DNA of 64,000 nucleotides from a virus (IMGVR_UViG_3300042891_002054); one strand, 5' to 3'; shown: positions 47,366 to 57,865, numbered from the stretch's first letter. Numbers and translations are program-made. Notes: generated from the letters alone by a model not told the origin.

Positions 47366-49252
47366 ATGGCGTTTCAATTATCACCAGGTGTTAATGTTTC
47401 CGAAATTGATTTAACTAATGTTGTTCCTGCCGTTAGCACCTCAATTGGTGGATTTGCAGGTATATTTGGCTGGGGACCAGCTAATGTCAGAACTTTAATT
47501 GATTCTGAGAATAAATTAGTATCAACTTTCGGTAAACCAACCGATTCAAACTTTACATCATTTTTCTCTGCTGCTAATTTTTTAGCATACACAAACAATT
47601 TAAGAGTCGTTCGTGCAGCGAATAATTCATCTACATTAAATGCCACTGCTAATACATTGGGTATTGGGGTAAACATTGATAATGAATCCGAATATGAATT
47701 ATCATATTCTGTAGAAACACAAACTAAATATGGACAATATTATGCCCGTTATGCTGGTGCATTAGGTAATACATTATCTATTGCGATGTGTTCAAACCCT
47801 CTTGCATTTAAGAGAACTGGATTAACAGCTAACACTGTAACAAATTCAAATGTTGCGTATGTAACAGCAAATGTTACAGGAAATATTTTCGCAAACGATA
47901 TTGTCACCGTTGGTGGAACAGATTATACAATTTCAACTGTTGGTACATACGCAACTGGTACTACCACTTTATATCTGTCATCTGATGCAACCGCAAACGT
48001 TACTCTTGGGTCAGCATCAGTAAAATGGCAATATGCTGATCAATTCGATAGCGCTCCAGGAACATCTATATATGGATCTTCTAAAGGTGCTGTTAATGAT
48101 GAATTACACGTTATTGTTGTTGATACAGATGGTAAATTTACAGGGGATCGCGGAACTGTATTAGAAAAATTTGCACATGTTTCTAAAGCTGGAGATGCAA
48201 AAACTGATGATGGTTCACCAAATTACTATGTAACAAGAATTTTCAACGAATCAAAATATATTTACATTGCTGACCACCCAACAACAGCAACTGATTGGGG
48301 TGTTGATGCATCAGGCACTACTTTTGATGTCACTAATAACCTTTCAGTAAAATTATCAGGCGGTCAAGACGGAAATGTTGGCGACGACGCAATTGTAAAT
48401 GCATATGATTTATTCAGCAACCCAGATGAAGTTGATATTTCATTATTAATTGCTGGCGATGCTGATTTAACTGTTGCAGATAAATTATTGAATTTATCAT
48501 TTACACGTAAAGATTGTGTCGCTTTCTTATCGCCTCTAAGAACAGATGCAGTTTCTGCAGTAGATGTTGACAATATTATTTCATATAGAAATTCATTATC
48601 TCCATCAACATCTTATGGTGTAATGGATAGCGGATGGAAATATCAATTTGATAAATATAACAATAAATACCGCTATGTACCATTAAATGCGGATACAGCT
48701 GGTTTATGTGCTAGAACTGATAATTTAAGAGATCCATGGTGGTCACCTGCTGGGTTCAATCGTGGCCAAGTAATGAATGCAATTAAATTGTCTTGGAATC
48801 CATCAAAGACTCAGCGTGATGAATTGTACAAAAATGGAATTAATCCAGTTTGTGCATTTCCAGGAGAAGGTATTATTCTTTATGGAGATAAAACTTTACA
48901 AGCTAAAGCTAGTGCATTTGATCGTATTAATGTTCGTAGATTGTTTATTGTTCTTGAAAAAGCAATTGCTACTGCAGCAAAATACTCATTGTTTGAATTT
49001 AATGATCAATTCACAAGAGCTCAATTTGTTGCTATGGTTGAACCATTCTTAAGAGATGTTAAAGGTCGTAGAGGTATTTATGACTTCAAAGTTGTTTGCG
49101 ACGAAACAAATAACACACCTGAAGTTATTGATACTAATAGATTTGTTGGTGATATTTACATTAAACCTGCTAGATCTATTAACTTTATCCAATTGAATTT
49201 CGTAGCAGTTCGTACTGGCGTTGAATTCAGTGAAATTGCTGGTAAATTTTAA
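47366..49252 (+). CDS. 18: tail sheath gp18
   Basis: MAFQLSPGVNVSEIDLT, W.SPAGFNRG, FDRINVRRLF, FEFND.FTR, YIKPARSINFI.LNFVA. Confidence 0.97.
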   Translation: MAFQLSPGVNVSEIDLTNVVPAVSTSIGGFAGIFGWGPANVRTLIDSENKLVSTFGKPTDSNFTSFFSAANFLAYTNNLRVVRAANNSSTLNATANTLGIGVNIDNESEYELSYSVETQTKYGQYYARYAGALGNTLSIAMCSNPLAFKRTGLTANTVTNSNVAYVTANVTGNIFANDIVTVGGTDYTISTVGTYATGTTTLYLSSDATANVTLGSASVKWQYADQFDSAPGTSIYGSSKGAVNDELHVIVVDTDGKFTGDRGTVLEKFAHVSKAGDAKTDDGSPNYYVTRIFNESKYIYIADHPTTATDWGVDASGTTFDVTNNLSVKLSGGQDGNVGDDAIVNAYDLFSNPDEVDISLLIAGDADLTVADKLLNLSFTRKDCVAFLSPLRTDAVSAVDVDNIISYRNSLSPSTSYGVMDSGWKYQFDKYNNKYRYVPLNADTAGLCARTDNLRDPWWSPAGFNRGQVMNAIKLSWNPSKTQRDELYKNGINPVCAFPGEGIILYGDKTLQAKASAFDRINVRRLFIVLEKAIATAAKYSLFEFNDQFTRAQFVAMVEPFLRDVKGRRGIYDFKVVCDETNNTPEVIDTNRFVGDIYIKPARSINFIQLNFVAVRTGVEFSEIAGKF

Positions 49253-49264
49253 TTAAACTCAAAT

Positions 49265-49291
49265 TCTTGGTGGAGTAAATCTCCACCAAGA
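49265..49291. terminator. perfect 11-bp hairpin between gp18 and gp19 (terminator or processing site)
   Basis: TCTTGGTGGAG-TAAAT-CTCCACCAAGA, immediately followed by late promoter TATAAATA at 49295-49302. Confidence 0.6.
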
Positions 49292-49344
49292 TTATATAAA
49301 TATTATAAAGAATTTTTACGTTTTTCAACAAGGAGTATCCGAAC

Positions 49345-49884
49345 ATGGCGTTCAATATTGCAGAATTTAGAGCAGCAATGCTTGGTGATGGTGCAAGACC
49401 TAATTTATTTTCAGTGTCTTTAACATTTCCAACAGTTGCTAGTTCACCAATTGCTTCACAAAAGTTAACATTTATGGCACATGCAGCGACATTACCACCA
49501 TCAATTGTTGGTGTTGCAAGTCAGTTTTATTTTGGTCGTCAAGTAAAATTTGCTGGAGATAGACAATTCCCAGATTGGAATATTTCAGTAATCAATGACG
49601 AAGATTTTAGTATTAGAAATGCATTTGAAAAATGGTCTGATAAATTAAATAGTCATTCACAAAATGTTCGTGCTGCTGGTGCAATCAATTCACAGTTATA
49701 TACTGCTGATGCTACCGTAACACAATATTCTAAAACTGGGTTACCAATTAAAACATATAAATTTGTTGGTTTATTCCCTAATACTGTTGATCCAATTCAA
49801 GTTGAATGGGGTTCAAATGACAGAATTGAGGAATTCGGTGTAACATTCTCATATCAATATTGGGAATCCGATTCAGTATCTTAA
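49345..49884 (+). CDS. 19: tail tube gp19
   Basis: GARPNLF.V, GRQVKFAGDR.F.DW, R.AFE.W, IEEF.VTF.YQYW. Confidence 0.96.
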   Translation: MAFNIAEFRAAMLGDGARPNLFSVSLTFPTVASSPIASQKLTFMAHAATLPPSIVGVASQFYFGRQVKFAGDRQFPDWNISVINDEDFSIRNAFEKWSDKLNSHSQNVRAAGAINSQLYTADATVTQYSKTGLPIKTYKFVGLFPNTVDPIQVEWGSNDRIEEFGVTFSYQYWESDSVS

Positions 49885-49925
49885 TATATATAATTATTAT
49901 ACTATCAAATTAAAGGTAAATTATT

Positions 49926-51602
49926 TTGGCTAAATTTTCATTATTCGGATTTAAATTAGGGAAAGATACACCAGCACAGGAAGTGCTACCTTCTTTTTCA
50001 CCACCAGTACTTGATGATGGTGCAGTAACTATCACTGCTGCAGCACATTATGGTACAAGTATTGATTTAGATTCTAATTACAAAAATGATGTTGAGTTGA
50101 TTACTCGATATCGTGAAATGGCTATGCAACCTGAAATTGAAAGCGCAGTTGATGATATTATCAACGAAGCAATTATCCAAGAAGAAGAAAGCGCAGTTGA
50201 AATTGATTTAGACAAAGTAAAAGTATCTCCAAAAGTAAAAAATGCTATTGAAGAAGAATTTGAAAATATCCTGACACTATTAAATTTTAAAAATTTAGGT
50301 CAGGATATTTTTAGACGTTTTTATGTTGATGGTAGATTGTATTATAATATTATTTTAGATAAGGATAATACGGCTGCAGGAATTCAAGAATTAAGATATA
50401 CTGACCCAAGAAAATTAACCAAAATCCGTGAATTAAAAAAAGTTAAAGATCAAATTACTGGTTATGATATAGTACAGGGTTATCAAGAATATTATATCTA
50501 CTCTGAAGTTATATCAACAAAATCAAATTTATCGAATTCAGGTTTAAGGATTGCTCCAGATTCAATCATTGCCGTAACATCTGGTTTATTAGATTCAAAA
50601 AGATCTATTATCTTAAGTTATCTACATAAAGCAATTAAACCTTTAAATCAACTTAGAATGATCGAAGACGCTACGGTCATTTACAAAGTTTCTAGAGCAC
50701 CAGAGCGCAGGATTTTTTATATTGATGTTGGTAATCTGCCTAAAATGAAAGCAGAACAATATCTAAAAGATATTATGACAAAATATAAAAATAAAGTGGT
50801 TTATGATGCTAATACTGGCGAAGTCAGAGATGATAGAAAATACCTTTCTATGATGGAAGATTTTTGGCTACCTCGCCGCTCAGATAATAAATCAACAGAA
50901 ATTACAACATTACCATCATCATCAGCATTTGATGACATGTCAATGGTTCAATATTTTGAGAAAAAATTATATAAGGCTCTTGGCGTACCTTTTTCTAGAT
51001 TAGAACAACCAGAAACGCCATTTGATGTAGGTAATTCAGATCAAATTTCACGAGATGAAATTAAATTTGATAAATTTATCAACAGACTTCGTTTGAAATT
51101 TTCTGATTTATTTGACCAAGCATTAAAAGTTCAATGCTACCTTAAAGGTATTTGTACTGAAGAAGAATTTGAAGAATACAAGCAAAATATTTTTTATGAT
51201 TTCAAAAAAGATAATAATTACGCGGAATTAAAAGAATCTCAATTATTACAAAACAGAGTTAATGTTTTAACAATGTTAGATCCATATGTTGGTAAATATT
51301 ATTCACAAAAATGGATACAAAAAAATGTTCTTCAATTTGATGATGATGATATTGAAGAAATGCAAAAAGAAATTGCAGACGAAATTGAACAAGGATTATA
51401 TCCTGATCCAAAATTAATGAATGATCCAACAATGATGGGTGGGTTAGGCGATGATCCTAATGCAATTCCAGGTGGAGATCAACCGCAACAACCAGATGAC
51501 GGTGGCCAACAAGATAAAGATGCAGCTCCTGCAGCTAAGAAAAAAAGTAAACCTGCTGATGCAGATTCTGATCAACAAGATAATCCTTACTACAATGCCT
51601 AA
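49926..51602 (+). CDS. 20: portal protein gp20
   Basis: YREMA..PEI..AVDDI.NE, FYVDGR, YLHKAIKP.NQLRM.EDA.VIY...RAPERR.FYIDVG, EDFWLPRR; TTG start. Confidence 0.97.
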   Translation: MAKFSLFGFKLGKDTPAQEVLPSFSPPVLDDGAVTITAAAHYGTSIDLDSNYKNDVELITRYREMAMQPEIESAVDDIINEAIIQEEESAVEIDLDKVKVSPKVKNAIEEEFENILTLLNFKNLGQDIFRRFYVDGRLYYNIILDKDNTAAGIQELRYTDPRKLTKIRELKKVKDQITGYDIVQGYQEYYIYSEVISTKSNLSNSGLRIAPDSIIAVTSGLLDSKRSIILSYLHKAIKPLNQLRMIEDATVIYKVSRAPERRIFYIDVGNLPKMKAEQYLKDIMTKYKNKVVYDANTGEVRDDRKYLSMMEDFWLPRRSDNKSTEITTLPSSSAFDDMSMVQYFEKKLYKALGVPFSRLEQPETPFDVGNSDQISRDEIKFDKFINRLRLKFSDLFDQALKVQCYLKGICTEEEFEEYKQNIFYDFKKDNNYAELKESQLLQNRVNVLTMLDPYVGKYYSQKWIQKNVLQFDDDDIEEMQKEIADEIEQGLYPDPKLMNDPTMMGGLGDDPNAIPGGDQPQQPDDGGQQDKDAAPAAKKKSKPADADSDQQDNPYYNA

Positions 51603-52011
51603 ATCAAAACATAAAGAGTTACCACAAGTATTAGTATTAAAGAGAACATTTATCCAAAGATTCCCTAATGGACAACAAGTTGCATTATATCATTCAGATC
51701 ATTTAGATCAATATATAACAATTCCATTAGATGGTTCTCAATTTTCAAATACAACAGAAGCTGTGATTGAAAAATTAAATCAAATATCTGAGAATAATGA
51801 TACCCAAACTATATTGTTTGATGACTTATCCGAGTTGAATATAAATAAAGAATGTGCTGATGTAATTTTAAATTTTATTGAATCTAATGAAGAAGTAATT
51901 GAACATTTAACTGTCTCAGATAAAAGTTTTCTAGAAGTATTAGAACAAGCTGCACAAATAACATCAGATATAATGGAATCTGATCAACAACAGGAGTTAA
52001 CAGAACAATGA
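51595..52011 (+). CDS. conserved prohead-region hypothetical protein
   Basis: Start re-placed at MPKSK; PQVLVLKR..I.RFPNGQ.VALY.S..L..Y.TIP motif. Confidence 0.65.
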   Translation: MPKSKHKELPQVLVLKRTFIQRFPNGQQVALYHSDHLDQYITIPLDGSQFSNTTEAVIEKLNQISENNDTQTILFDDLSELNINKECADVILNFIESNEEVIEHLTVSDKSFLEVLEQAAQITSDIMESDQQQELTEQ

Positions 52012-52649
52012 AAGTGTTAAACGAATTTACCGAGACAGATGTTCTTGTGGAAGAAGTTGGCGGTAAAAAACAACATTCAATTAAAGGTTATTTTATTCAT
52101 TGCAATGAACAAAATAGAAACGGAAGAATTTATGTAAAAGAAAATATGCTTCCTGAAGTTGCTAGATATAAAAGAGATTATATTGATACTCGTAGAGCTT
52201 TAGGTGAATTATCACACCCAGAAGGTCCACAAATTAATCCAGATAAAGTATCTCATCTTATTACAAAATTAGATTTTGATGATCACCGTTGTTTCGGTGA
52301 AGCTACAATTTTAGATACACCAAATGGCAATATCGTAAAATCATTTATTGATGCTGGTGTAAATTTTGGCGTTTCTACTCGTGGTATGGGGTCAATTAAA
52401 GAATCTAATGGTATTAAATATGTCCAACCAGATTTTCGTTTAGTCACAGTTGATATTGTTTTAGATCCATCTGGTAAAGATTGTTATGTTGAAGGATTGA
52501 TGGAAGGTAAAGAATGGATGTATATTGAAGGGAAAGGTTGGGTTGAGCAATATCTAGAAGAATCTAGAGAAACGCTAAAAAAACTTAAAGCTGCTGATGT
52601 TGAACCAGTTGCTTTACAAATATTTGAAAACTTTTTACGAAAATTATAA
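52008..52649 (+). CDS. 21: prohead protease gp21
   Basis: I.G.F....QNRNGR.Y, RALGELSHP, VSH.I, GVSTRG.GS, D.V.DPS. Confidence 0.95.
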   Translation: MKVLNEFTETDVLVEEVGGKKQHSIKGYFIHCNEQNRNGRIYVKENMLPEVARYKRDYIDTRRALGELSHPEGPQINPDKVSHLITKLDFDDHRCFGEATILDTPNGNIVKSFIDAGVNFGVSTRGMGSIKESNGIKYVQPDFRLVTVDIVLDPSGKDCYVEGLMEGKEWMYIEGKGWVEQYLEESRETLKKLKAADVEPVALQIFENFLRKL

Positions 52650-52690
52650 TTTTAATAAATAATTATTAAATAATATTAAGGAGATATTTA

Positions 52691-53851
52691 ATGTCACAAG
52701 ATAAAAATTTAAACCTTTCTGAAGCAGCAATGGAAATCTTGAATGCAAACAGAAAATCTAAAGATTCTGGCCAAGATTCATTTGGTTTAGGTCAAAAATT
52801 GAATGATACCATTCATGGTTCTGCACAAAATGTAGGTAATCCAGGTTTAGAAAAACCTGCAGTAAATGGTCCAACAGCTACACCCCCAGGTCAAACTCCA
52901 CCAGTTGGGTCTGAAGCAGGACAGCATTTATCAGCACAACCAGCCAATAAAACTATTTCAAATACTGATGTAGACCAAATACCAAGTAAAACTTCAACAG
53001 AACCTGCTGGTGATTCAGCTAACAACCCAGAAGCTGCTAAAAAATTAAAATCAGCTCCTGCTAAAACTGTTAATCCAACTGGCGCTAAAACTGGTGGATT
53101 TGTTAACGAAGAAGAAGAAGAAACTAACGAAGATATTGCAGCATTAATGGCTGGCGAAAATCTTTCTGAAGAATTTAAACGTAAAGCAACAGCAATTTTT
53201 GAAGCAGCTGTAAAAACTAAAGTTGCTGAATTGGCTGAAGAATTAGAAGCACAATATGTTGCTCAATTCGAAGAAGCTTATGAAGAAATGAAAGAAGATT
53301 TCGCAACTAAAGTTGATGAGTATTTAGATTACGTTGCTGAATCTTGGATGGAAGAAAATAAATTAGCAGTAGAATCAGGTTTAAGAACTGAAATTGCTGA
53401 AGGTTTTATTGATTCATTAAAAACTGTATTCGAAGAACACTATATCGACATTCCTGAAGAAAAATTTGATGTAGTAGAAGAATTAGCTTCTAAAGTAGAG
53501 GCATTAGAAAGACAAGTCAATGAAGAAATGACAAAAAACATTGATTTGAAACAAAAATTGTCAGAACAAAAGAAAGTTGAAGCTCTTCACTCTGTATGTG
53601 AAGGGTTAACATTATCTCAAGCTGAAAAAATTAAAACTATTGCAGAGAGCGTAGAATTTGTAAGCGAAAGTGATTTTGTTGATCAAATTGAAGCAATTAA
53701 AGAATCTTATTTCTCAGTTGCAACAGTTAAACCTGCTTCAATCGAATCTTTAAACGATGTAGTAAATTTAAACGAAGAAAAAGAAACTAAAGCTGTTGAT
53801 CCATTGATTGCTGCTTATGCTTCTAGAATCTCAAAAACATTATTAAAATAA
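52691..53851 (+). CDS. 22: prohead scaffold gp22
   Basis: LSEEFKRKATAIFEAA, VD.YLDYVAE.WMEEN.LA.E.G.RTEI.E.F, LT.SQ.EK. Confidence 0.93.
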   Translation: MSQDKNLNLSEAAMEILNANRKSKDSGQDSFGLGQKLNDTIHGSAQNVGNPGLEKPAVNGPTATPPGQTPPVGSEAGQHLSAQPANKTISNTDVDQIPSKTSTEPAGDSANNPEAAKKLKSAPAKTVNPTGAKTGGFVNEEEEETNEDIAALMAGENLSEEFKRKATAIFEAAVKTKVAELAEELEAQYVAQFEEAYEEMKEDFATKVDEYLDYVAESWMEENKLAVESGLRTEIAEGFIDSLKTVFEEHYIDIPEEKFDVVEELASKVEALERQVNEEMTKNIDLKQKLSEQKKVEALHSVCEGLTLSQAEKIKTIAESVEFVSESDFVDQIEAIKESYFSVATVKPASIESLNDVVNLNEEKETKAVDPLIAAYASRISKTLLK

Positions 53852-53889
53852 ATAATATTTTAAAATAAAAATAAAAGGAGTTAATTTAA

Positions 53890-55188
53890 ATGGCTTTATT
53901 AAATGAAGAATTAGAAGCTAAATGGAGTCCAATTTTGGAACATCCTGAAATGGCTAAAATCGCTGATCCATACAAAAAAGCAGTTACTGCTATTGTATTG
54001 GAAAATCAACAAATCGCAATGGAACAAGATCGTCAAACTTTGAACGAAACTGCTCCAACTAACGTTGCTGGTGGTATTTCTAACTTTGATCCTATCTTAA
54101 TCAGCTTGGTTCGTCGTGCATTACCTAACTTGATCGCGTATGACGTTGCTGGCGTTCAGCCAATGACTGGTCCTACTGGTTTGATCTTTGCTTTACGTTC
54201 ACGTTATGGCACACAATCAGGTGATGAAGCATTCTACAACGAAGCTAACACTATCTTCTCAGGTATTGTTGGTACTAATGGTACAGTTCCAAGCGGTATT
54301 GCTAACTCAGCTGTTGGCTCAACTGGTCCTTTAGCTAACACATCATTTGATACTGGTGTTGGTATGGCTACTGCTACTGGTGAAGCATTGGATGCTGCGT
54401 TTGCTCAAATGGCTATCTCAATCGAGAAAGTTACTGTTTCTGCAAAAACTCGCGCATTAAAAGCTGAATACAGTTTAGAAATGGCACAAGACTTGAAAGC
54501 GGTTCATGGTTTAGATGCTGAAACAGAATTATCAAATATTCTGTCTACAGAAATCTTAGCTGAAATGAACCGTGAAGTTATTCGTACTATCTACACAGTT
54601 GCAAAACCAGGTGCTCAATTCGGTACTGTTACTTCAGGTGTTTTCGATTTAGATACAGACTCTAATGGCCGTTGGTCAGTTGAAAGATTTAAAGGTTTAA
54701 TTTATCATATCGAACGCGAAGCGAATCAAATCGCAAAAGCAACTCGTCGTGGTAAAGGTAACATTTTGATCGTTTCTTCAGACGTTGCTTCAGCGTTAGC
54801 TATGGCTGGTGTATTACAATATACTCCTGCTTTAAGTGCTGATTTAACTGTTGATGATACTGGTAACACCTTCGCTGGTTTGTTACATGGTCGCATCAAA
54901 GTTTACATCGATCCATATTTTGGTGGTTCTGCTCAAAACGTAGAATTAGTAACTGTTGGTTATAAAGGTACAAGCCCTTATGACTCAGGTATTTTCTACT
55001 GCCCATACGTTCCTTTACAAATGGTTCGTGCGGTTGATCCAGGTACTTTCCAACCAAAAATTGGTTTCAAAACTCGTTACGGTATCGTAGCAAACCCATT
55101 CGCTGAAGGTTTAACTCAAGGCTTGGGTGCTATTACTCCTCGTAGCAACAACTATTACAGAATTTTTGCAGTGAAAAATTTGATGTAA
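53890..55188 (+). CDS. 23: major capsid protein gp23
   Basis: KW.PIL, LENQ, DPILISLVRR..PNLIA.D..GVQPM.GPTG, SLE.AQDLKA.HG.DAE.EL, YCPYVPL, IGFKTRYG. Confidence 0.98.
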   Translation: MALLNEELEAKWSPILEHPEMAKIADPYKKAVTAIVLENQQIAMEQDRQTLNETAPTNVAGGISNFDPILISLVRRALPNLIAYDVAGVQPMTGPTGLIFALRSRYGTQSGDEAFYNEANTIFSGIVGTNGTVPSGIANSAVGSTGPLANTSFDTGVGMATATGEALDAAFAQMAISIEKVTVSAKTRALKAEYSLEMAQDLKAVHGLDAETELSNILSTEILAEMNREVIRTIYTVAKPGAQFGTVTSGVFDLDTDSNGRWSVERFKGLIYHIEREANQIAKATRRGKGNILIVSSDVASALAMAGVLQYTPALSADLTVDDTGNTFAGLLHGRIKVYIDPYFGGSAQNVELVTVGYKGTSPYDSGIFYCPYVPLQMVRAVDPGTFQPKIGFKTRYGIVANPFAEGLTQGLGAITPRSNNYYRIFAVKNLM

Positions 55189-55211
55189 TAGTTAAGTTTC
55201 AAGGATGAAAC

Positions 55212-55240
55212 AAAAAGGGAGCTTCGGCTCCCTTTTCTTT
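55212..55240. terminator. bidirectional intrinsic terminator
   Basis: AAAAA-GGGAGC-TTCG-GCTCCC-TTTT. Confidence 0.9.
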
Positions 55241-55779
55241 TACTTAAAGAATTGTTCTATCCTACCAAGAATAACTGTTTGATCATCAAAATTATTATTA
55301 AAAAAAGTTTCAGAAATAAACATAAATTCCATATTTGTTTGTATATTTGAAATTTTAGTATTTCTACCTTTTAAGAAAGTTTCTGATTGATTAGATCCAC
55401 GCTCTTCGTATCTTTCTGATAATAAATCTTCATTTGCTGTAATAACAAAAATTTGAAAATCTGTATCGGGTAAAGAAGATAATAAATCAAAGAACGTTGA
55501 ACTTGTTAACCTATCTCCCTCAAAAATAATATTTGAGTTTACTGATTTTACAAATTCAACAGCTGCAGGCATTACTGCCATACTCATTCTATCTGTACCA
55601 GCAAATACTTCACCATCTTCATATTTACCTAGAATATGTAAATCTAATTCTTTATTATACAGACTAGGAACTAATTTAACAAGTTCTTGTTTTTCCCATT
55701 CTTTGTGTTCAATAAATTTTCTAAAAAGGGTTGTTTTACCAACCCCTGGACGACCAATCACTGCTAAAATTTTTCTCAT
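55240..55779 (-). CDS. P-loop nucleotide kinase of the type linked to DNA-modification clusters
   Basis: GRPGVGKTT Walker A; LGKY...FAGTDRMSM; IIFEGDRL; R..RGSNQ...FLKGR.TKI.N. Confidence 0.75.
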   Translation of the reverse strand: MRKILAVIGRPGVGKTTLFRKFIEHKEWEKQELVKLVPSLYNKELDLHILGKYEDGEVFAGTDRMSMAVMPAAVEFVKSVNSNIIFEGDRLTSSTFFDLLSSLPDTDFQIFVITANEDLLSERYEERGSNQSETFLKGRNTKISNIQTNMEFMFISETFFNNNFDDQTVILGRIEQFFK

Positions 55780-55787
55780 ATTTTACC

Positions 55788-57170
55788 TTAAAAGAATGCA
55801 TCAATACTATTACCAAATCTACGATCATATAAATTTTTATGATATTGTTGTAACCAATCTTTACCGTTTGGTTGGGTCAACAAATAATCAATCCATTCAT
55901 CCGAATCCCACAACCCTGGACTAATTCCATTCCATCTAAATCTTTGTTCCGGATGATCAGGATTTAATCTTCTAGAGTCAACAAATTCTCTACGAGTATT
56001 TTCATAATCAAATGACCCAAGTTCTAACATACCTTCATGGAAAAAAGCAATAATAGAAATTCTCTCAGCATCCGGATCATTTAATATTAATTCTGTATTA
56101 CCATGTAAACCAGCTTGATTATTTACCAATAATAAATCTGTTGGTCGAATATTTACCGCATACCCAACCTCAGGAAAAACCAAATAACAACCCTCAAATG
56201 CATCATTATTAGACATCACACAAAGATTAGCAAAACCGTCTTCCATATTAGCAGGGTCATAATGACCAGCTGTTCTAAAATTTTTATTTACTGTAATTGT
56301 TGTAAATGGAGTTTCAGGAACAACAAATTTCGGATCAATAGATTCAGCAGCACGTTTTTGGTTTCCATATCGCCAAGGCAACATATCATTAAATCCTTTA
56401 GCTAAGGATTGTAGAAAAGGATATGCTTTAGCAAACTTTTCTGGATTATCTCTTGTATAAGAAGTTGCTCTTCCCCATGGAATCCTAGGGTATCTATCAT
56501 ACCAACCAGCAATTCCAGAATTAACAACATTAGCATAAGTTGTTTTGCTGATATAGTTATCCAAAATATCTTGAGCTCTTTCTTTAGCTATTTCTGGAGA
56601 TTCTGAACAAAGAGCATCAGCAAATTCATTAAATACAAAATTATTCTGTTTGACTTTTTCAGCTAACCAAACAACTCCGCGACTTTCATCTGACTTTAAA
56701 GTTTTATATTTCGCTCTAATTGAATCAATTTCTTTTTTTGGGTCATAATTACCGAAAATATCTTTTGAGTTATTTTTAATGAAAAATTCAAGAATATCGA
56801 ATTGTTCATCTTTAACCCATTCTCTACCAGCACAGGTTCCATCTCTTGGACCACCTGCCATACCTCTATTTTGAGTTTCTACCGCAGCATCCCTTAAACC
56901 GGCATATGCAGCTGCTGCTTCTTCTTTATTAAAGAAATTTTTTCTAAACTTAAAAACAATATTTTTTTCTGTTAATCCTTTAGTACATGAATTACATACC
57001 ATATTTCTATCACAATTTTCTTCTGCGGTAAAATCTGAACATTCAGGAGGAAGATATAAATCAAAATCTTCTTCCACTAAAGTGTGATAATGTGTATGGT
57101 CTAACCATTTCCCGACTAAATCCGGTCTTGGTTTGACTTCTTCTGGCCTTAAAACTACTACTTGTACCAT
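55788..57170 (-). CDS. TET/JBP-family 2OG-Fe(II) dioxygenase
   Basis: PFTTITVNKNFRTAGHYD (HxD), LVFPE.G.AV, LHGNT (distal His), ERISII (2OG-binding RxS); N-terminal GWYDRYPRIP..R.T.Y. Confidence 0.85.
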   Translation of the reverse strand: MVQVVVLRPEEVKPRPDLVGKWLDHTHYHTLVEEDFDLYLPPECSDFTAEENCDRNMVCNSCTKGLTEKNIVFKFRKNFFNKEEAAAAYAGLRDAAVETQNRGMAGGPRDGTCAGREWVKDEQFDILEFFIKNNSKDIFGNYDPKKEIDSIRAKYKTLKSDESRGVVWLAEKVKQNNFVFNEFADALCSESPEIAKERAQDILDNYISKTTYANVVNSGIAGWYDRYPRIPWGRATSYTRDNPEKFAKAYPFLQSLAKGFNDMLPWRYGNQKRAAESIDPKFVVPETPFTTITVNKNFRTAGHYDPANMEDGFANLCVMSNNDAFEGCYLVFPEVGYAVNIRPTDLLLVNNQAGLHGNTELILNDPDAERISIIAFFHEGMLELGSFDYENTRREFVDSRRLNPDHPEQRFRWNGISPGLWDSDEWIDYLLTQPNGKDWLQQYHKNLYDRRFGNSIDAFF

Positions 57171-57209
57171 CTATAACTCCATCATTTTAAAAAAACATTC
57201 AACAAGTTT

Positions 57210-57238
57210 ATTATACATTACATGTTGAAAAAAGTAAA
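57210..57238 (-). promoter_or_regulatory. sigma70-type promoter (extended -10) for the dioxygenase-kinase operon
   Basis: TTTACT-17 nt (ending ATG)-TATAAT, i.e. TGTATAAT. Confidence 0.7.
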
Positions 57239-57262
57239 GGGATTTTTAATCTATTTAGAATT

Positions 57263-57270
57263 TATAAATA
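57263..57270 (+). promoter_or_regulatory. T4-type late promoter
   Basis: TATAAATA upstream of gp3. Confidence 0.75.
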
Positions 57271-57301
57271 CCTGTAAACTCCATTTGGAAAGGATTTCTC
57301 A

Positions 57302-57832
57302 ATGACAATTAAAGATACATCTGTTTGTAACAACGATCTATTACAATCAGCAAAATTTATACTATCATTCCCAAGATTAACATCAACTCAATTTTTTTGT
57401 CAATCAGTAAATATTCCTGGACTATCAACTCAAAATACATTACAAAATACTCCATTTTCGGATTTAAGTATTCCTGGCGATAAACTTGTTTATGAACCAT
57501 TTAATATTGAATTTTTGGTTGATGAGGAAATTCAATCTTGGATGGCAGTACATGATTGGATGAGAGGGATTACTTTTCCAACAGAATTTAGTGAATACAC
57601 AAATTTAAACCATGCATCAAAATACAGCGAGAACGTACCATACCCACAATACGCAGATGCTGAGCTAACTATCTTAGCTGCAAATAATACCCCTAAAATG
57701 AAAGTACACTTTATTGATATGTTTCCAATATCGTTATCACAAGTACCTTTGGATATTAGATTGGGTTCTGAACACACAATAACTGCAACTGCTAATTTTA
57801 AATTTAAAAGATACGATATTACCAGAATTTAA
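57302..57832 (+). CDS. 3: tail completion / tube terminator gp3
   Basis: F..QSVNIPG, PGDKL.Y..F.I.FLVDE....W..V.DW, DA.L.IL...N, F.D.FP.SL. Confidence 0.9.
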   Translation: MTIKDTSVCNNDLLQSAKFILSFPRLTSTQFFCQSVNIPGLSTQNTLQNTPFSDLSIPGDKLVYEPFNIEFLVDEEIQSWMAVHDWMRGITFPTEFSEYTNLNHASKYSENVPYPQYADAELTILAANNTPKMKVHFIDMFPISLSQVPLDIRLGSEHTITATANFKFKRYDITRI

Positions 57833-57865
57833 AACCTATATATTATTTTAATATGTGAGATTTTT

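Noticed and set aside
30271-49052. Numerous short ORFs nested in or antisense to structural genes
   Set aside because: They overlap well-supported T4-like genes and have no recognisable motifs or RBS.
51451-51594. 5' extension of the ORF after the portal gene
   Set aside because: It overlaps the gp20 C-terminus out of frame; conserved sequence starts at MPKSK (51595).
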